Assembly (NCBI GenBank): GCA_965231005.1
Contig: OZ246405.1
Coordinates: forward strand, 674,709-738,708
From: an uncultured Gammaproteobacteria bacterium
Lineage (GTDB): Bacteria; Patescibacteriota; Patescibacteriia; Magasanikbacterales; UBA922
Direction of reading: 5' to 3'
Length of the DNA stretch: 64,000 nucleotides
In this document: positions 1 to 10,157 of the stretch, one piece after another
How positions within the stretch are numbered: position 1 is the first letter of the stretch
Layout of the letters: every line of letters starts with the position of its first letter
Position numbers and translations under genes: made by a program
Notes under the pieces: model-generated
What the model was told of the DNA's origin: nothing
Database searches by the model: none
What the model saw: only the letters and a program-made list of their open reading frames with translations

Positions 1-1
1 T

Positions 2-583
2 GATTCTGATGAATTTTTAAACGTTGGTCTGTCAGATGAGGTAAGAAATGTTTTGAATAGTCCTAGACTTGATCCTATGAGTATTTATCATGTTGAAAAA
101 AAATATTCAATCAATGAAAAAAGAATTGATTTTTCATTTAACTATCCAAATTATTATCCCAGACTTCACAATCGTAAAAGTGGTGCGGGGTTTAAAAAAG
201 GAAAAATAGTTCATGAGCAAATATATATTCCTCCAAATCTTAAGCAGTATTTCATGAAGAATTGGGTATACAGTGAAGTCTCTCCGACCTATAGGGCCTG
301 TGTAGAAAAAGATGTATTTCAGTTATCATTAATGAAAAAGAGTACGTTTAGCGAAGGATCTTTTAAGAATCGTCCACATAGTCTTAAAATTAGTATGTTA
401 TATTTTCTTAGGTCAATAAATATTTTGTATAAATCATTAAAGGTTTATCTAAAACATGGGTATAAACGTTCTCTTCCAATTGGACAGGTGTTACGTCACG
501 TTCGAGTTCATTTTATCATGAGTTGGTGGAGACTGATTCAAGTTTTTTTGGGTAAAAAAAGTAGTATATGGATGCACAAGTAA
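2..583 (+). CDS. hypothetical protein, 5'-truncated by the window edge (frame open back to position 2; listed start at 53 is TTG)
   Basis: No in-frame stop between position 2 and 53. No recognisable motifs. Confidence 0.3.
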   Translation, partial: DSDEFLNVGLSDEVRNVLNSPRLDPMSIYHVEKKYSINEKRIDFSFNYPNYYPRLHNRKSGAGFKKGKIVHEQIYIPPNLKQYFMKNWVYSEVSPTYRACVEKDVFQLSLMKKSTFSEGSFKNRPHSLKISMLYFLRSINILYKSLKVYLKHGYKRSLPIGQVLRHVRVHFIMSWWRLIQVFLGKKSSIWMHK

Positions 584-1191
584 AAAAAGGACACTACAGA
601 TTTGAAAAATATTGTGACCAAGATAGGTTTTCAAGTTATTGGTGTCAAATTAAAGAGACACTGGCTCTTAATCCTAGATCAGTGCTTGAGGTTGGTGTTG
701 GTGATAAAGTTTTTTCCTCTTATTTAAAAAATAATACAAATATATTATACAAAAGTTTTGATCTTGCAGAAGATCTTGCTCCGGACATTGTAGGGAATGT
801 GACAGATATGAAAGTTGACTCCAATAGTTTTGATGTTGTTTGTGCATTTGAAATTTTAGAGCATATTCCTTTTGAAGATTTTTCTAAGGCGATTCGTGAG
901 CTAGAAAGAGTTTCAGAAAAATATGTAGTGTTGAGTCTTCCTCATTGGGGACGTCATTTTTCGTTTAAAATTCGTCTTCCTTTTTTTAAAAAAATTTCAT
1001 TTCAGTATAAGCTTGGTTTTTTGCCGATAAAACATGTATTTTTGGGAGAGCATTATTGGGAAATTGGAAAGAAAGGGTATAGTATTAAAAAGATCCGAAA
1101 GGTGATTGAAAAAAGTGGGTTGAAGATCATAAAGGACTATGTTGCTTTTGAGTCTCCATATCATCATTTTTTTGTTTTGAAGAGTAATTGA
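568..1191 (+). CDS. class I SAM-dependent methyltransferase
   Basis: Motif I 'VLEVGVGDKVFSSYL' (E/DxGxGxG) and post-I acidic 'FDVVCAFEILEHIP' block. Confidence 0.55.
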   Translation: MDAQVKKGHYRFEKYCDQDRFSSYWCQIKETLALNPRSVLEVGVGDKVFSSYLKNNTNILYKSFDLAEDLAPDIVGNVTDMKVDSNSFDVVCAFEILEHIPFEDFSKAIRELERVSEKYVVLSLPHWGRHFSFKIRLPFFKKISFQYKLGFLPIKHVFLGEHYWEIGKKGYSIKKIRKVIEKSGLKIIKDYVAFESPYHHFFVLKSN

Positions 1192-1207
1192 ATAAGGTGT
1201 AAATAAT

Positions 1208-2164
1208 ATGCAAAGAGAAGAAATAAAAAATAATTGGCTTTGTGAGTATAGGGATAGTATAACCTCTCAAAACGGAGAGGACGGAGTTATTAGAAAAATT
1301 TTTGAAGTAATAGGAAAAGAAAATAGTTGGTGTGTAGAATTTGGTGCTGGAAGTGGAAAAAAAGGAAATAATACATGGAGTTTAATAACAGAAAGAAAAT
1401 GGTCAGGAGTTCTTATTGAAGCAGAACGGGCGCTATATAGTGATCTTGTAAAGCGATATGCTGATAAAGATAATGTTGTATGTATAAACAAGGCGGTAGG
1501 CTTTCACGGTTCAAATAGGCTTGATGTTCTTTTAAAGAATACTGATATTCCAAAGAATTTTGATTTTTTGTCTATTGATATAGATGGGTATGACTATCAG
1601 GTATGGGAGGCACTGAAAGACTATAATCCTCGCTGTGTCATGATTGAAATAAATCCAAATATTCCTTTGACAATAGATTTTGTGCAACCAGCAGATATAA
1701 CGGCTTGCGGTGGATCATCTCTTCTTGCTATGGTTCGACTTGGAAAAGAAAAGGGATATGAACTTGTCTATGCATATGCAACAAATGCAGTGTTTGTAAA
1801 GAAAAGTCTATTTGAAAAGTTTGGTATAAAAGATAATTCAATTGAGCAGATGGTGTGTCCTCCTGGGCTCAATAAAGAAAAAGATTCACCTACTTTTTTT
1901 CAGCTGTATGATGGTTCTCTTGTGCTTCTAAATGTAAAAAAAGAAAATATGCTTGGATATAGAAAAAAAATAAGAGAAGTTCCTGTGTGGGTTTTTGAGG
2001 ATGATAATCTATATCCAGTCAGATTTTCATATGACAACAAAATAGCTAGAATGTTTAAGAATGTGATAAAGAAGACTGCACTATACTCAATGTTCTATTT
2101 TTTGGTTAAGGAAGTTTATGGTTGGTTAGATTTGAGGAAGAAAAAAAAGATTAAAAAAATGTAG
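1208..2164 (+). CDS. FkbM-family methyltransferase (putative)
   Basis: 'CVEFGAGSG...GVLIEAER...FLSIDIDGYDYQVW...CVMIEIN' layout matches the FkbM-family block order (DxGAxxG / IEPxP / KIDxEGxE). Confidence 0.4.
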   Translation: MQREEIKNNWLCEYRDSITSQNGEDGVIRKIFEVIGKENSWCVEFGAGSGKKGNNTWSLITERKWSGVLIEAERALYSDLVKRYADKDNVVCINKAVGFHGSNRLDVLLKNTDIPKNFDFLSIDIDGYDYQVWEALKDYNPRCVMIEINPNIPLTIDFVQPADITACGGSSLLAMVRLGKEKGYELVYAYATNAVFVKKSLFEKFGIKDNSIEQMVCPPGLNKEKDSPTFFQLYDGSLVLLNVKKENMLGYRKKIREVPVWVFEDDNLYPVRFSYDNKIARMFKNVIKKTALYSMFYFLVKEVYGWLDLRKKKKIKKM

Positions 2165-2166
2165 GT

Positions 2167-3312
2167 ATGGAGTTATTTTATATTGCAAATGCGCGGATTC
2201 CTACGGAAAAGGCTCATGGGCTACACATTGCAAAAATGTGTGAGGCTTTTGGAAATGCAGGAGCAAAGGTAACATTAGTTTTGCCTAAAAGACACAATGA
2301 TATTGTTGAGGATATATTTTCATACTACAATATTGAAAAAAATTTTGCTGTACGGTATATCCCCGTGATGGATTTAGTAGGAAAAGGTTTTATTGGTTAC
2401 TGGCTTACTCAGTTTTTTTTCTCTTGGAAATTATTTTGGGAGCCATTTAACAAAAATAAATCTTTTGTCATTACTCGTGATGAGTTGTCAGGATTCATCC
2501 TGAGGCTAAAAAATATTTTTGTGTATTATGATATGCATGGTTTCCCAGAAACTTGGGTACTGTTGTGGAGAATAGCTATGAAAAAGATGAATGGAATTAT
2601 TTGTACAAATGAATGGAAAATGAAGCGAGTCCATGAGCAGTTTAATGTCCCAATGAATAAGATGATCCTTGCTCGTAATGCATTTGATCCATCGATATTT
2701 TCAATCGACATGGAAAAAAATGAGATAAGAGAGGAGCTTGGTTTGCCAGTCGATAAAACACTTGCTGTCTACGCGGGTCATTTGTATGATTGGAAAGGAG
2801 CTGGTGTACTTGCTAAAGCTGCAAACTATTTGGATGACGTAGAGGTGATCTTTATAGGTGGGACAAAAAAGGATGTAAAGGATTTTTCAGAAAAATACAG
2901 CGCTGCTCGCAATATTACCATGCTTGGTCATAAAAAACATGACGAGGTGCCAAAGTATTTGAAGGCGGCTGATATATTGGTCCTTCCAAATTCAAAAGAA
3001 TCCAAAAATCCGCGTGCGATTCCTTACTCAATTTTTGATACCTCACCCATTAAATTGTTTGAATATATGGCAAGCGGATCACCGATTGTCGCGAGTGACT
3101 TGCCATCTATTCGTGAGATATTAAATAATGAAACTGCAGTTTTTTTTGAGCCTGATAATCCAAAGGATCTTGCTCGTTCAATTAAGAATATCGTGTCTAA
3201 CAAAGAAGAGGCAAAAAGACGTACACAGCTTGCACTAGAAACATCGCAACAGTTTACCTGGAAAAAACGCGCAGAGAAAATTTTAAGTTTCATGAATTAT
3301 TTTCAAGTATAA
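2167..3312 (+). CDS. glycosyltransferase, GT4 family (GT-B fold)
   Basis: C-terminal EX7E-type block 'PIKLFEYMASGSPIVASDLPSIREIL'. Confidence 0.75.
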   Translation: MELFYIANARIPTEKAHGLHIAKMCEAFGNAGAKVTLVLPKRHNDIVEDIFSYYNIEKNFAVRYIPVMDLVGKGFIGYWLTQFFFSWKLFWEPFNKNKSFVITRDELSGFILRLKNIFVYYDMHGFPETWVLLWRIAMKKMNGIICTNEWKMKRVHEQFNVPMNKMILARNAFDPSIFSIDMEKNEIREELGLPVDKTLAVYAGHLYDWKGAGVLAKAANYLDDVEVIFIGGTKKDVKDFSEKYSAARNITMLGHKKHDEVPKYLKAADILVLPNSKESKNPRAIPYSIFDTSPIKLFEYMASGSPIVASDLPSIREILNNETAVFFEPDNPKDLARSIKNIVSNKEEAKRRTQLALETSQQFTWKKRAEKILSFMNYFQV

Positions 3313-3323
3313 TAAATTTGTAA

Positions 3324-4427
3324 ATGAAAGTTGGTATTGTCACAAGTTATGCAGTAAAGCAGCCAGCAGGCCTGGAGCGTTTTTTGTTAGATTTATTGAG
3401 AGAACTAGATAGTCTGAAAGATAACGAGTATGTGGTTTACACAAAAAAAGGATCAGGTTTTGCATCAGTCCTGGACGATGAAGGTGTTTCAAACATTTCT
3501 GTCATTGAAGTCGGTTTTGGAAAGTTGTGGAAAGATATTGGTCTATTTTTTTCTCCTAAAGTAGACGCCTACTTGTTTAATGGTCCAATTGTTCCTTTTT
3601 TGTTTGCTCCAAAGAATTATTTTTTGATACTACATGATTTTGCATACAAGTCTATAAAGCCAAATACAATTAAAGAAAAAATAAATAGGATTGTAATTGA
3701 TGTATTGACTCGTAAAGCAGTCCAGAGGGCAAAAAAAATTATTACTGTCTCAAATACCACAAAAAAAGAATTATCAGGGTTATACGGTGTAGAAGATAGC
3801 AAGGTTACTACTATTTATCCTGGTTTTAAACATGTATGCAGTGGTGAGAGTCAAACACTGGAAGGAATTGAAATGCCGTATTTTCTTAGCATTGGGACAT
3901 TGAAGGAAAGAAAAAATATTCTTTCAATTATTTCAGCGTTTGCAAAATATGTTGAGATGAAACAAGACTCAAGAAAATTAGTGATTGTAGGAAAGTGTAG
4001 TAAAACAAACCCCTATGTTCAAAAACTTTTTAGTTTAGTAGAGAAAGAAGGTTTACAAGAAAAGGTAATTTTTACAGATCATGTTTCAGATCAACAAGTT
4101 TCATACTTATACAAGCATGCAGATGCACTCATTTTTCCTTCATTGATCGAAGGTTTTGGATTTCCTGCGCTAGAAGCAATGAGTTGTGAGGTCCCTGTAA
4201 TAACATCAAATCATGGTGCCCTCGCAGAAATTAGCCAAGATGCTGCTATACAAGTTCCCTCAAAAGATATCAATGCTTTGGCAAATGCAATGAAACATAT
4301 TACTGAAGATGATGCATTGCGAACATCTCTTATACAGAAAGGTTTGAATCGATCAAAAGATTTTTCTTGGAAAAAAGCTGCACATGCATTTGAAAAGGTT
4401 CTCATCAATAATACGATCACTAAATAA
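3324..4427 (+). CDS. glycosyltransferase, GT4 family (GT-B fold)
   Basis: 'EGFGFPALEAMSCEVPVITSNHGALAEI' EX7E block. Confidence 0.75.
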   Translation: MKVGIVTSYAVKQPAGLERFLLDLLRELDSLKDNEYVVYTKKGSGFASVLDDEGVSNISVIEVGFGKLWKDIGLFFSPKVDAYLFNGPIVPFLFAPKNYFLILHDFAYKSIKPNTIKEKINRIVIDVLTRKAVQRAKKIITVSNTTKKELSGLYGVEDSKVTTIYPGFKHVCSGESQTLEGIEMPYFLSIGTLKERKNILSIISAFAKYVEMKQDSRKLVIVGKCSKTNPYVQKLFSLVEKEGLQEKVIFTDHVSDQQVSYLYKHADALIFPSLIEGFGFPALEAMSCEVPVITSNHGALAEISQDAAIQVPSKDINALANAMKHITEDDALRTSLIQKGLNRSKDFSWKKAAHAFEKVLINNTITK

Positions 4428-4431
4428 TAAT

Positions 4432-5076
4432 ATGGCATATATGAATATTTTTGAAAAAATATACAAAAAGAATAAGTGGAATGTTGGATCTGGAGAAGGA
4501 TCACGAGAGAGATATACTAGAAAATATAGAATATTTTTAGAGAATTTTTTAAAGCAGCATGATATAAAATCTGTTTTGGATTTTGGTTGTGGTGATTGGC
4601 AATTCTCAAAGCATGTTCGTTGGGGAGATATTCAGTATCAGGGTGTGGATGTAGTAAGATCTGTCATTGATCAAAACAAAGATAAGTATGAGAAAGATAA
4701 CATAACTTTTTCATTGATTGATCAAGAACAAAGTTCTGGGCTTCCATCTGCAGATTTGTTCATAGCAAAAGATGTATTGCAGCATTGGAGTACTGAGAGA
4801 ATTAAAAAATTTCTCCCAAAGTTAAAAAATTATAAATACGTCCTCGTTACAAATTGTAGTGATTTACCAAAAACGAGGAATTCTGACATTGAAGATGGGG
4901 GATTTCGTACCTTGGACTTGACAGCTGCCCCATTTTATCTTAACGGGAAGTACATTTTTTCTTTTTCTACAAGAGAACCTTCATTTAAAAATATTATTAA
5001 ATGGATGCTTCCTCATCAATTGAGAGGTTTAGATTACAACAACAAAAAAGTTTTATTTATTGATAATTCAGAATAA
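4432..5076 (+). CDS. class I SAM-dependent methyltransferase
   Basis: 'VLDFGCGDWQF' glycine-rich motif I. Start taken at the ATG at 4432; the track start at 4384 overlaps the upstream gene. Confidence 0.5.
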   Translation: MAYMNIFEKIYKKNKWNVGSGEGSRERYTRKYRIFLENFLKQHDIKSVLDFGCGDWQFSKHVRWGDIQYQGVDVVRSVIDQNKDKYEKDNITFSLIDQEQSSGLPSADLFIAKDVLQHWSTERIKKFLPKLKNYKYVLVTNCSDLPKTRNSDIEDGGFRTLDLTAAPFYLNGKYIFSFSTREPSFKNIIKWMLPHQLRGLDYNNKKVLFIDNSE

Positions 5077-5102
5077 ATAGAGATTTATTTGATATTGAAG
5101 AT

Positions 5103-5477
5103 ATGAACTTAAGTAATGATAATTTCAATGTCGGGGTAGACATTGAAACGATTGCACGTTTCCAAGATTTGGATGCTGTAGAGGATCTTGATTTTTTGAG
5201 GAAAATTTTCACATCAAAAGAAATGAAATTTTGTTTTGCAAAAGAAAATCCAGCACCACATCTTGCAGCAAGATATACTGCAAAAGAAGCCATATTTAAG
5301 GCTTTGAGTTCATTAGTAAAAAAGAGTGTGACATTGAACAAGATTGAGATTTTGAATCAAGAGGGAGGTATGCCAGAAGCATATATTGAATCATTTGAAG
5401 ATACTGTGCATATTAAGTTAAGTATGTCTCATTGTGAGGACAAGGCCATTTCATTTGCTATTGTTTCGAAAGTATGA
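5103..5477 (+). CDS. acpS: holo-ACP synthase / 4'-phosphopantetheinyl transferase (AcpS type)
   Basis: 124 aa. 'GVDIETIARF' and 'KEMKFCF...AARYTAKEAIFKAL' are hallmark AcpS blocks. Confidence 0.7.
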   Translation: MNLSNDNFNVGVDIETIARFQDLDAVEDLDFLRKIFTSKEMKFCFAKENPAPHLAARYTAKEAIFKALSSLVKKSVTLNKIEILNQEGGMPEAYIESFEDTVHIKLSMSHCEDKAISFAIVSKV

Positions 5478-7279
5478 ATATTTTTGAAAAAAATAATATA
5501 CAACAAGTACTCAACACTGCAGATTATTTTAAGTTTTACAAAAGAATAGCAATGATTTCAGATGGAGAGAAAGATAATTTTAAAAAAAAGATCAGGATTG
5601 CGTTTCTCTCAAGTTTTACGTCAAATGGTTTTAAGGAAATTTTGTCTGTAAAATGTTTACAGAACAATATATTTCCAGAATTTTATAATTGCGATTATAA
5701 GCAATATAGTCAGGATATTATAGATGGTGATAGTAATTTTTATGCATTTAATCCTGACATAACTATTCTTTTTATAGATGCAAAGACATTATTGGGTGAA
5801 TATTACTTTAATCCATATGATTTGAATAAAAGTCAGAGGAAAGATTTTGCAAACGAAAAGATCAGTGAGATATGTCGTTTAGTGGAAACAATAAAAGGGC
5901 ATTCGAATACAAAGATATTGTTACATAATATCATGGTACCTTCTTATTCTCCACATGGGATCGTTGAAAATAAACATGAATTTGGTTTTCTTCAATCAGT
6001 AGCACATATAAATCATGAACTTGCCTGCACATATAGGAATGATGAACAAATTTTTGTATTTGATTATGAATCCTTTTGCTCGACTGTTGGAAAAAATAAT
6101 ATAACAGATACTAAAATGTACTATCTTGCGGACATGAAAGTGGATATGCAGATGGTTCCTGCATTATGTAACGAGTATATGTCATATATAAAACCAGCAA
6201 CCTCAAGCACTAAGAAGTGCATTGTCTTGGATTTAGATGACACATTGTGGGGTGGTGTGATTGGCGAAGATGGTCTTGAAGGAATAAAGTTAGGACCGAC
6301 TCCTGAAGGGAGAGCTTTTTGGGAATTTCAAAAATATCTTTTTTCATTATTCAAGAGAGGTGTTATTTTAGCCATTAATAGCAAGAATAATATTGATGAT
6401 GTACTCGAAGTCTTTGAAAAACATCCTCATATGGTCTTAAAGGAAAATCATTTTGCAGCAATGCAGATTAACTGGAATGACAAGGCAACAAATATGAGAT
6501 TGTTGTCAGAAGAATTAAATATTGGGGTTGATAGTTTTGTTTTCTTTGATAATGATAAGTTAAATAGAGAAATTGTTTCAAGTACCTATCCAGAGATTAC
6601 CGTTGTTGATTTGCCGAGTGACTCTTCTTTATATTGTGAAACACTTCAAAAGGTAAATGACTTTAATAGTTTTTATATTACAGATGAAGATATGAAGAAG
6701 GGGCAGATGTATGTGGACCAGAGAAAGAGAAAAGAATTCAAAAGTAAAGTGGTAGATTTGTCCGATTATCTGAAAAGTCTGGAAATGAAAGTTGAAATAC
6801 AAAAGATAAATGATTTTAACAAGCCAAGAATTGCCCAATTGACACAGAAAACAAATCAGTTTAATGTAACTACGCGAAGGTATACAGATATTGATCTAGA
6901 TACATTTTCGAAGAGAGGTGATTTAATTGTTTCTATCCGAGTTGAAGATAAATTTGGAGATAATGGTATTACTGGAGCGGCAATTGTTCAAAAGGAAGAT
7001 GATGTATGGAAGATAGACACTTTTCTTCTAAGCTGCAGAGTTATTGGTAGGAAGGTAGAGGAGGTCCTCTTGGGTCATATAATAGATCAGGCTAAGAATG
7101 ATGGAGTGACTCGAGTTATTGGGGAATTCATTCAGACGAAAAAAAATATTCCTTCTAAAGATTTTTTTGGTTCAAATAAATTTAAACTAGTAAAAGATGA
7201 TGGTGAAAGACAAGTTTGGGAATACGATGTCACAGTTGAGTATAACCATCCAGATTTTATTGATGTAATCATTTTATAG
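5474..7279 (+). CDS. FkbH-like HAD-superfamily (IIIC) acyl-ACP loading enzyme with C-terminal GNAT-like domain
   Basis: HAD motif I in the FkbH-domain context 'CIVLDLDDTLWGGVIGEDGLEGIKLG'. C-terminal 'ITGAAIV...FLLSCRVIGRKVEE' is acyltransferase-like. ATGA overlap with acpS. Confidence 0.7.
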   Translation: MNIFEKNNIQQVLNTADYFKFYKRIAMISDGEKDNFKKKIRIAFLSSFTSNGFKEILSVKCLQNNIFPEFYNCDYKQYSQDIIDGDSNFYAFNPDITILFIDAKTLLGEYYFNPYDLNKSQRKDFANEKISEICRLVETIKGHSNTKILLHNIMVPSYSPHGIVENKHEFGFLQSVAHINHELACTYRNDEQIFVFDYESFCSTVGKNNITDTKMYYLADMKVDMQMVPALCNEYMSYIKPATSSTKKCIVLDLDDTLWGGVIGEDGLEGIKLGPTPEGRAFWEFQKYLFSLFKRGVILAINSKNNIDDVLEVFEKHPHMVLKENHFAAMQINWNDKATNMRLLSEELNIGVDSFVFFDNDKLNREIVSSTYPEITVVDLPSDSSLYCETLQKVNDFNSFYITDEDMKKGQMYVDQRKRKEFKSKVVDLSDYLKSLEMKVEIQKINDFNKPRIAQLTQKTNQFNVTTRRYTDIDLDTFSKRGDLIVSIRVEDKFGDNGITGAAIVQKEDDVWKIDTFLLSCRVIGRKVEEVLLGHIIDQAKNDGVTRVIGEFIQTKKNIPSKDFFGSNKFKLVKDDGERQVWEYDVTVEYNHPDFIDVIIL

Positions 7280-7281
7280 AT

Positions 7282-7518
7282 ATGAAGAGGCTTAGGAAAA
7301 TTTTAGTTAACGTACTAGACATCGGTGAGAATGATATTAACGATGGGACATCTCCTGATACTGTAGAAAGTTGGGATTCATTTAATGGTCTAATGTTGGT
7401 TTCAGAACTTGAAAATGAGTTTGATGTTAAGTTTACAATGGACGAAGTAATTAGTGTAAAATGTGTTGGGGATATTAAGCGTGCACTTCGTAGTCATGGC
7501 GTCCTTTTAGAAGAATAA
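7282..7518 (+). CDS. acyl carrier protein (DltC/ACP-like, 78 aa)
   Basis: Phosphopantetheine-attachment serine context 'ESWDSFNGLMLVSELENEF' (DSL-type). Confidence 0.7.
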   Translation: MKRLRKILVNVLDIGENDINDGTSPDTVESWDSFNGLMLVSELENEFDVKFTMDEVISVKCVGDIKRALRSHGVLLEE

Positions 7519-7523
7519 TTTTT

Positions 7524-7925
7524 ATGGAATACAATGAAATAAAGATTGGCTCTGCCTATTCTTTCAAAACAACGATTACGAGACAACATGTTCTTGAATT
7601 TGCAGAAATGACGGGTGACAAAAATAAAATTCATATTGACGAAGAGTTTGGAAAGACTACAGTGTTTAAAAGAAATATAGCTCATGGGATGTTAGTAGGG
7701 AGTTTTTTTTCAACGTTGGTTGGTATGCACTGTCCTGGGGAAAATAGTTTATACTTAAGTCAGACGCTTAATTTCAAAAAACCAATCTTTTTTGATGATG
7801 CTATTGTTGTTAGGGGAACAGTTTTGGAAAAAAATGATAGTATTCAGATAATAACTTTGAAAACAGAAATTTTAAAAGAGGGAATAGTTTGTATTAGTGG
7901 GGATGCAAAAGTTAAAGTACTATAA
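7524..7925 (+). CDS. MaoC-like (hotdog-fold) dehydratase
   Basis: 'GDKNKIHIDEEF...IAHGMLVGSFFSTLVG' is a MaoC dehydratase signature. Confidence 0.65.
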   Translation: MEYNEIKIGSAYSFKTTITRQHVLEFAEMTGDKNKIHIDEEFGKTTVFKRNIAHGMLVGSFFSTLVGMHCPGENSLYLSQTLNFKKPIFFDDAIVVRGTVLEKNDSIQIITLKTEILKEGIVCISGDAKVKVL

Positions 7926-7926
7926 T

Positions 7927-8664
7927 ATGAAAAAGAATATTGGAGTTGTGTTTGGAGCAACAGGCGGAATCGGTTCTCAAATCGTAAAAAAAATGTTAGA
8001 GAAGGGAATGCATGTTTGTGCAATACACAATAGAGATTCAAAAATTAAAGGATTTAAAGAGGAGTTTTCTCAGAAAGACGTTTCTTTATTCAATATCGAT
8101 CTTATGGATAAAAAATCGATTCAAAAAGGCATGTCTAGTATTATTGAAGCACATGGGGCCATCTCAAGTATTGTATTTTCAGTTTCTCTTCCAATAAAAA
8201 ATAAATCAATATTGCTCTCATCAGAAGAGGATATCGAGGATCATATCAAATTACAAGTTCTTGGAATGTTCCATATCATTAAGAGTCTAAAGGATTTTAT
8301 AAAAAGTGTCGGCGGGATACGGTTCGTCGTTCTTCTTACAGAGGCATGTATAGGAAAGCCACCAGCTGGTATGTCTGCATATGTCACAGCAAAGTATGCA
8401 TTGATGGGGTTTGCAAAATCAATGGCTGTGGAGTTGTCAAAGTATAGTTGCACTGTGAATATGATATCTCCAGGAATGGTTGATACTGAACTCATAGCAG
8501 GATTTCCATCAAAATTAATAGAAATTACAGCAACCAAGAATCCACTTCAACGAATTGCAAAACCAGATGATGTTGCAAATGCTGTTTTATTTCTTATCAG
8601 TGATGAATCTCGCTATCTGAATGGTACAAATATAACAGTCAACGGTGGGGGAATCATGGTGTAG
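7927..8664 (+). CDS. short-chain dehydrogenase/reductase (3-oxoacyl-ACP reductase-like)
   Basis: 'VFGATGGIGSQIV' (TGxxxGIG) and 'YVTAKYAL' (YxxxK). ATG at 7927 immediately follows the upstream stop. Confidence 0.75.
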   Translation: MKKNIGVVFGATGGIGSQIVKKMLEKGMHVCAIHNRDSKIKGFKEEFSQKDVSLFNIDLMDKKSIQKGMSSIIEAHGAISSIVFSVSLPIKNKSILLSSEEDIEDHIKLQVLGMFHIIKSLKDFIKSVGGIRFVVLLTEACIGKPPAGMSAYVTAKYALMGFAKSMAVELSKYSCTVNMISPGMVDTELIAGFPSKLIEITATKNPLQRIAKPDDVANAVLFLISDESRYLNGTNITVNGGGIMV

Positions 8665-8685
8665 TTGAATTGAGAGCAGTTTTTT

Positions 8686-10146
8686 ATGTTATTTAATTCC
8701 ATACATTTTCTTATATTTTTTCCAGTGGTAATAGCACTGTATTTTTTAATTAGTCACAAATACAGATGGATTCTCTTATTGATTGCTAGCTACTACTTTT
8801 ACATGAGTTGGAAGCCTGAATATGTTGTTTTGATAGTGCTTTCTACATTGGTAGATTATGTCATGGCACTTGCAATGGAAAAGACTGAGAATAAGAGAAA
8901 AAGAAAATTATATTTATCCATTAGTCTATTGACCAATCTTGGTTTACTTTTTGCGTTTAAATATTTTAATTTTGTAAGTAATTCAATTGCTGATGTATTA
9001 GATATTTTTAGCATTCAATTTTCTCAACCAACATTAAATGTTCTACTTCCTGTTGGTATTTCATTTTATACATTCCAAACACTAAGTTATACAATAGATG
9101 TGTATAAAAGAAAGATCACAGCAGAAAGACATTTTGGTATTTTTGCAGTGTATGTTTCCTTTTTTCCACAGTTAGTGGCAGGACCAATTGAAAGGGCAAA
9201 AAATTTACTTCCCCAATTTTTTGTAAAGCAATCATTTAATTATGAAAGAGTAGTGAGTGGATTGAGATTGATGTTGTGGGGCTTTTTTAAAAAAATTGTT
9301 ATTGCAGATGGATTAGCGGTTTTTGTAGATAGGATATTTGGAAATGTTACGAGTTATTCTGGCATTTCGTTGATTCTTGCAACAGTGTTCTTTTCATTTC
9401 AAATCTATTGTGATTTTTCTGGATATTCAGACATTGCTATTGGAGCAGCAAGAGTAATGGGCTTTAAACTTATGGATAATTTTAAGGCTCCCTATTTGGC
9501 AAAATCTATTGCAGATTTTTGGCGCCGCTGGCACATATCTTTGTCTACCTGGTTTCAGGATTATTTATTTACACCACTTTATTTTAAAGCTTCTAAAATC
9601 AAAAGGCTCAAAAATTTTTCAACAAAAAAGCGGCATCTTATTGCCTTTGCTATTTCTATGATAATAGGTGAGGCCTTATTGGGGCTGTGGCATGGTGCAA
9701 ACTGGACGTTCCTCTTTTTTGGTTTGTGGCATGGATTATTTATTATTATATATTATATTGTTCGAAAAACATGGGACAGACTATATACGTCAATACAAAT
9801 CCTACTCACGTTTTCCATTTCTACTTTTGGTTGGATTTTTTTCAGATCAAATAGTATAGCTGATGCACTTTATATTATTGAACATATGTTTAAAAATTCA
9901 CAGTTTGGTTTTTTTCATGACCTGAAAGGTTTTTTTCTTCACAATGAATATGAGTTTGCTGTCATGATTCTTCCTTTACTTATTGTATTTTTTGCTCACT
10001 TTATACAGAAAAGATATCATGACTTTGTTCAATTTTTAGAGACACGAAGCACAACACTCCGGTGGTCGCTATATTATTTTTTGATTATGGCAATTCTATT
10101 GTTTGGAACCTTTGGGTCCCGTGAATTTATTTATTTTAACTTTTAA
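8686..10146 (+). CDS. MBOAT-family membrane O-acyltransferase (DltB/AlgI-like)
   Basis: 'FFPQLVAGPIERAKN' and the catalytic-His block 'FWRRWHISLSTWFQDYLFTPLY'. Multi-pass hydrophobic protein. Confidence 0.85.
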   Translation: MLFNSIHFLIFFPVVIALYFLISHKYRWILLLIASYYFYMSWKPEYVVLIVLSTLVDYVMALAMEKTENKRKRKLYLSISLLTNLGLLFAFKYFNFVSNSIADVLDIFSIQFSQPTLNVLLPVGISFYTFQTLSYTIDVYKRKITAERHFGIFAVYVSFFPQLVAGPIERAKNLLPQFFVKQSFNYERVVSGLRLMLWGFFKKIVIADGLAVFVDRIFGNVTSYSGISLILATVFFSFQIYCDFSGYSDIAIGAARVMGFKLMDNFKAPYLAKSIADFWRRWHISLSTWFQDYLFTPLYFKASKIKRLKNFSTKKRHLIAFAISMIIGEALLGLWHGANWTFLFFGLWHGLFIIIYYIVRKTWDRLYTSIQILLTFSISTFGWIFFRSNSIADALYIIEHMFKNSQFGFFHDLKGFFLHNEYEFAVMILPLLIVFFAHFIQKRYHDFVQFLETRSTTLRWSLYYFLIMAILLFGTFGSREFIYFNF

Positions 10147-10157
10147 AGAAACGTTAA

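Noticed and set aside
1267-1491. Many short minus-strand ORFs across the AT-rich region (e.g. 1267..1491, 29570..30055, 30600..31118, 34991..35419, 36088..36429, 39149..39628)
   Set aside because: All lie antisense within longer + strand ORFs that carry clear family motifs. Low-complexity, S/C/F-rich translations.
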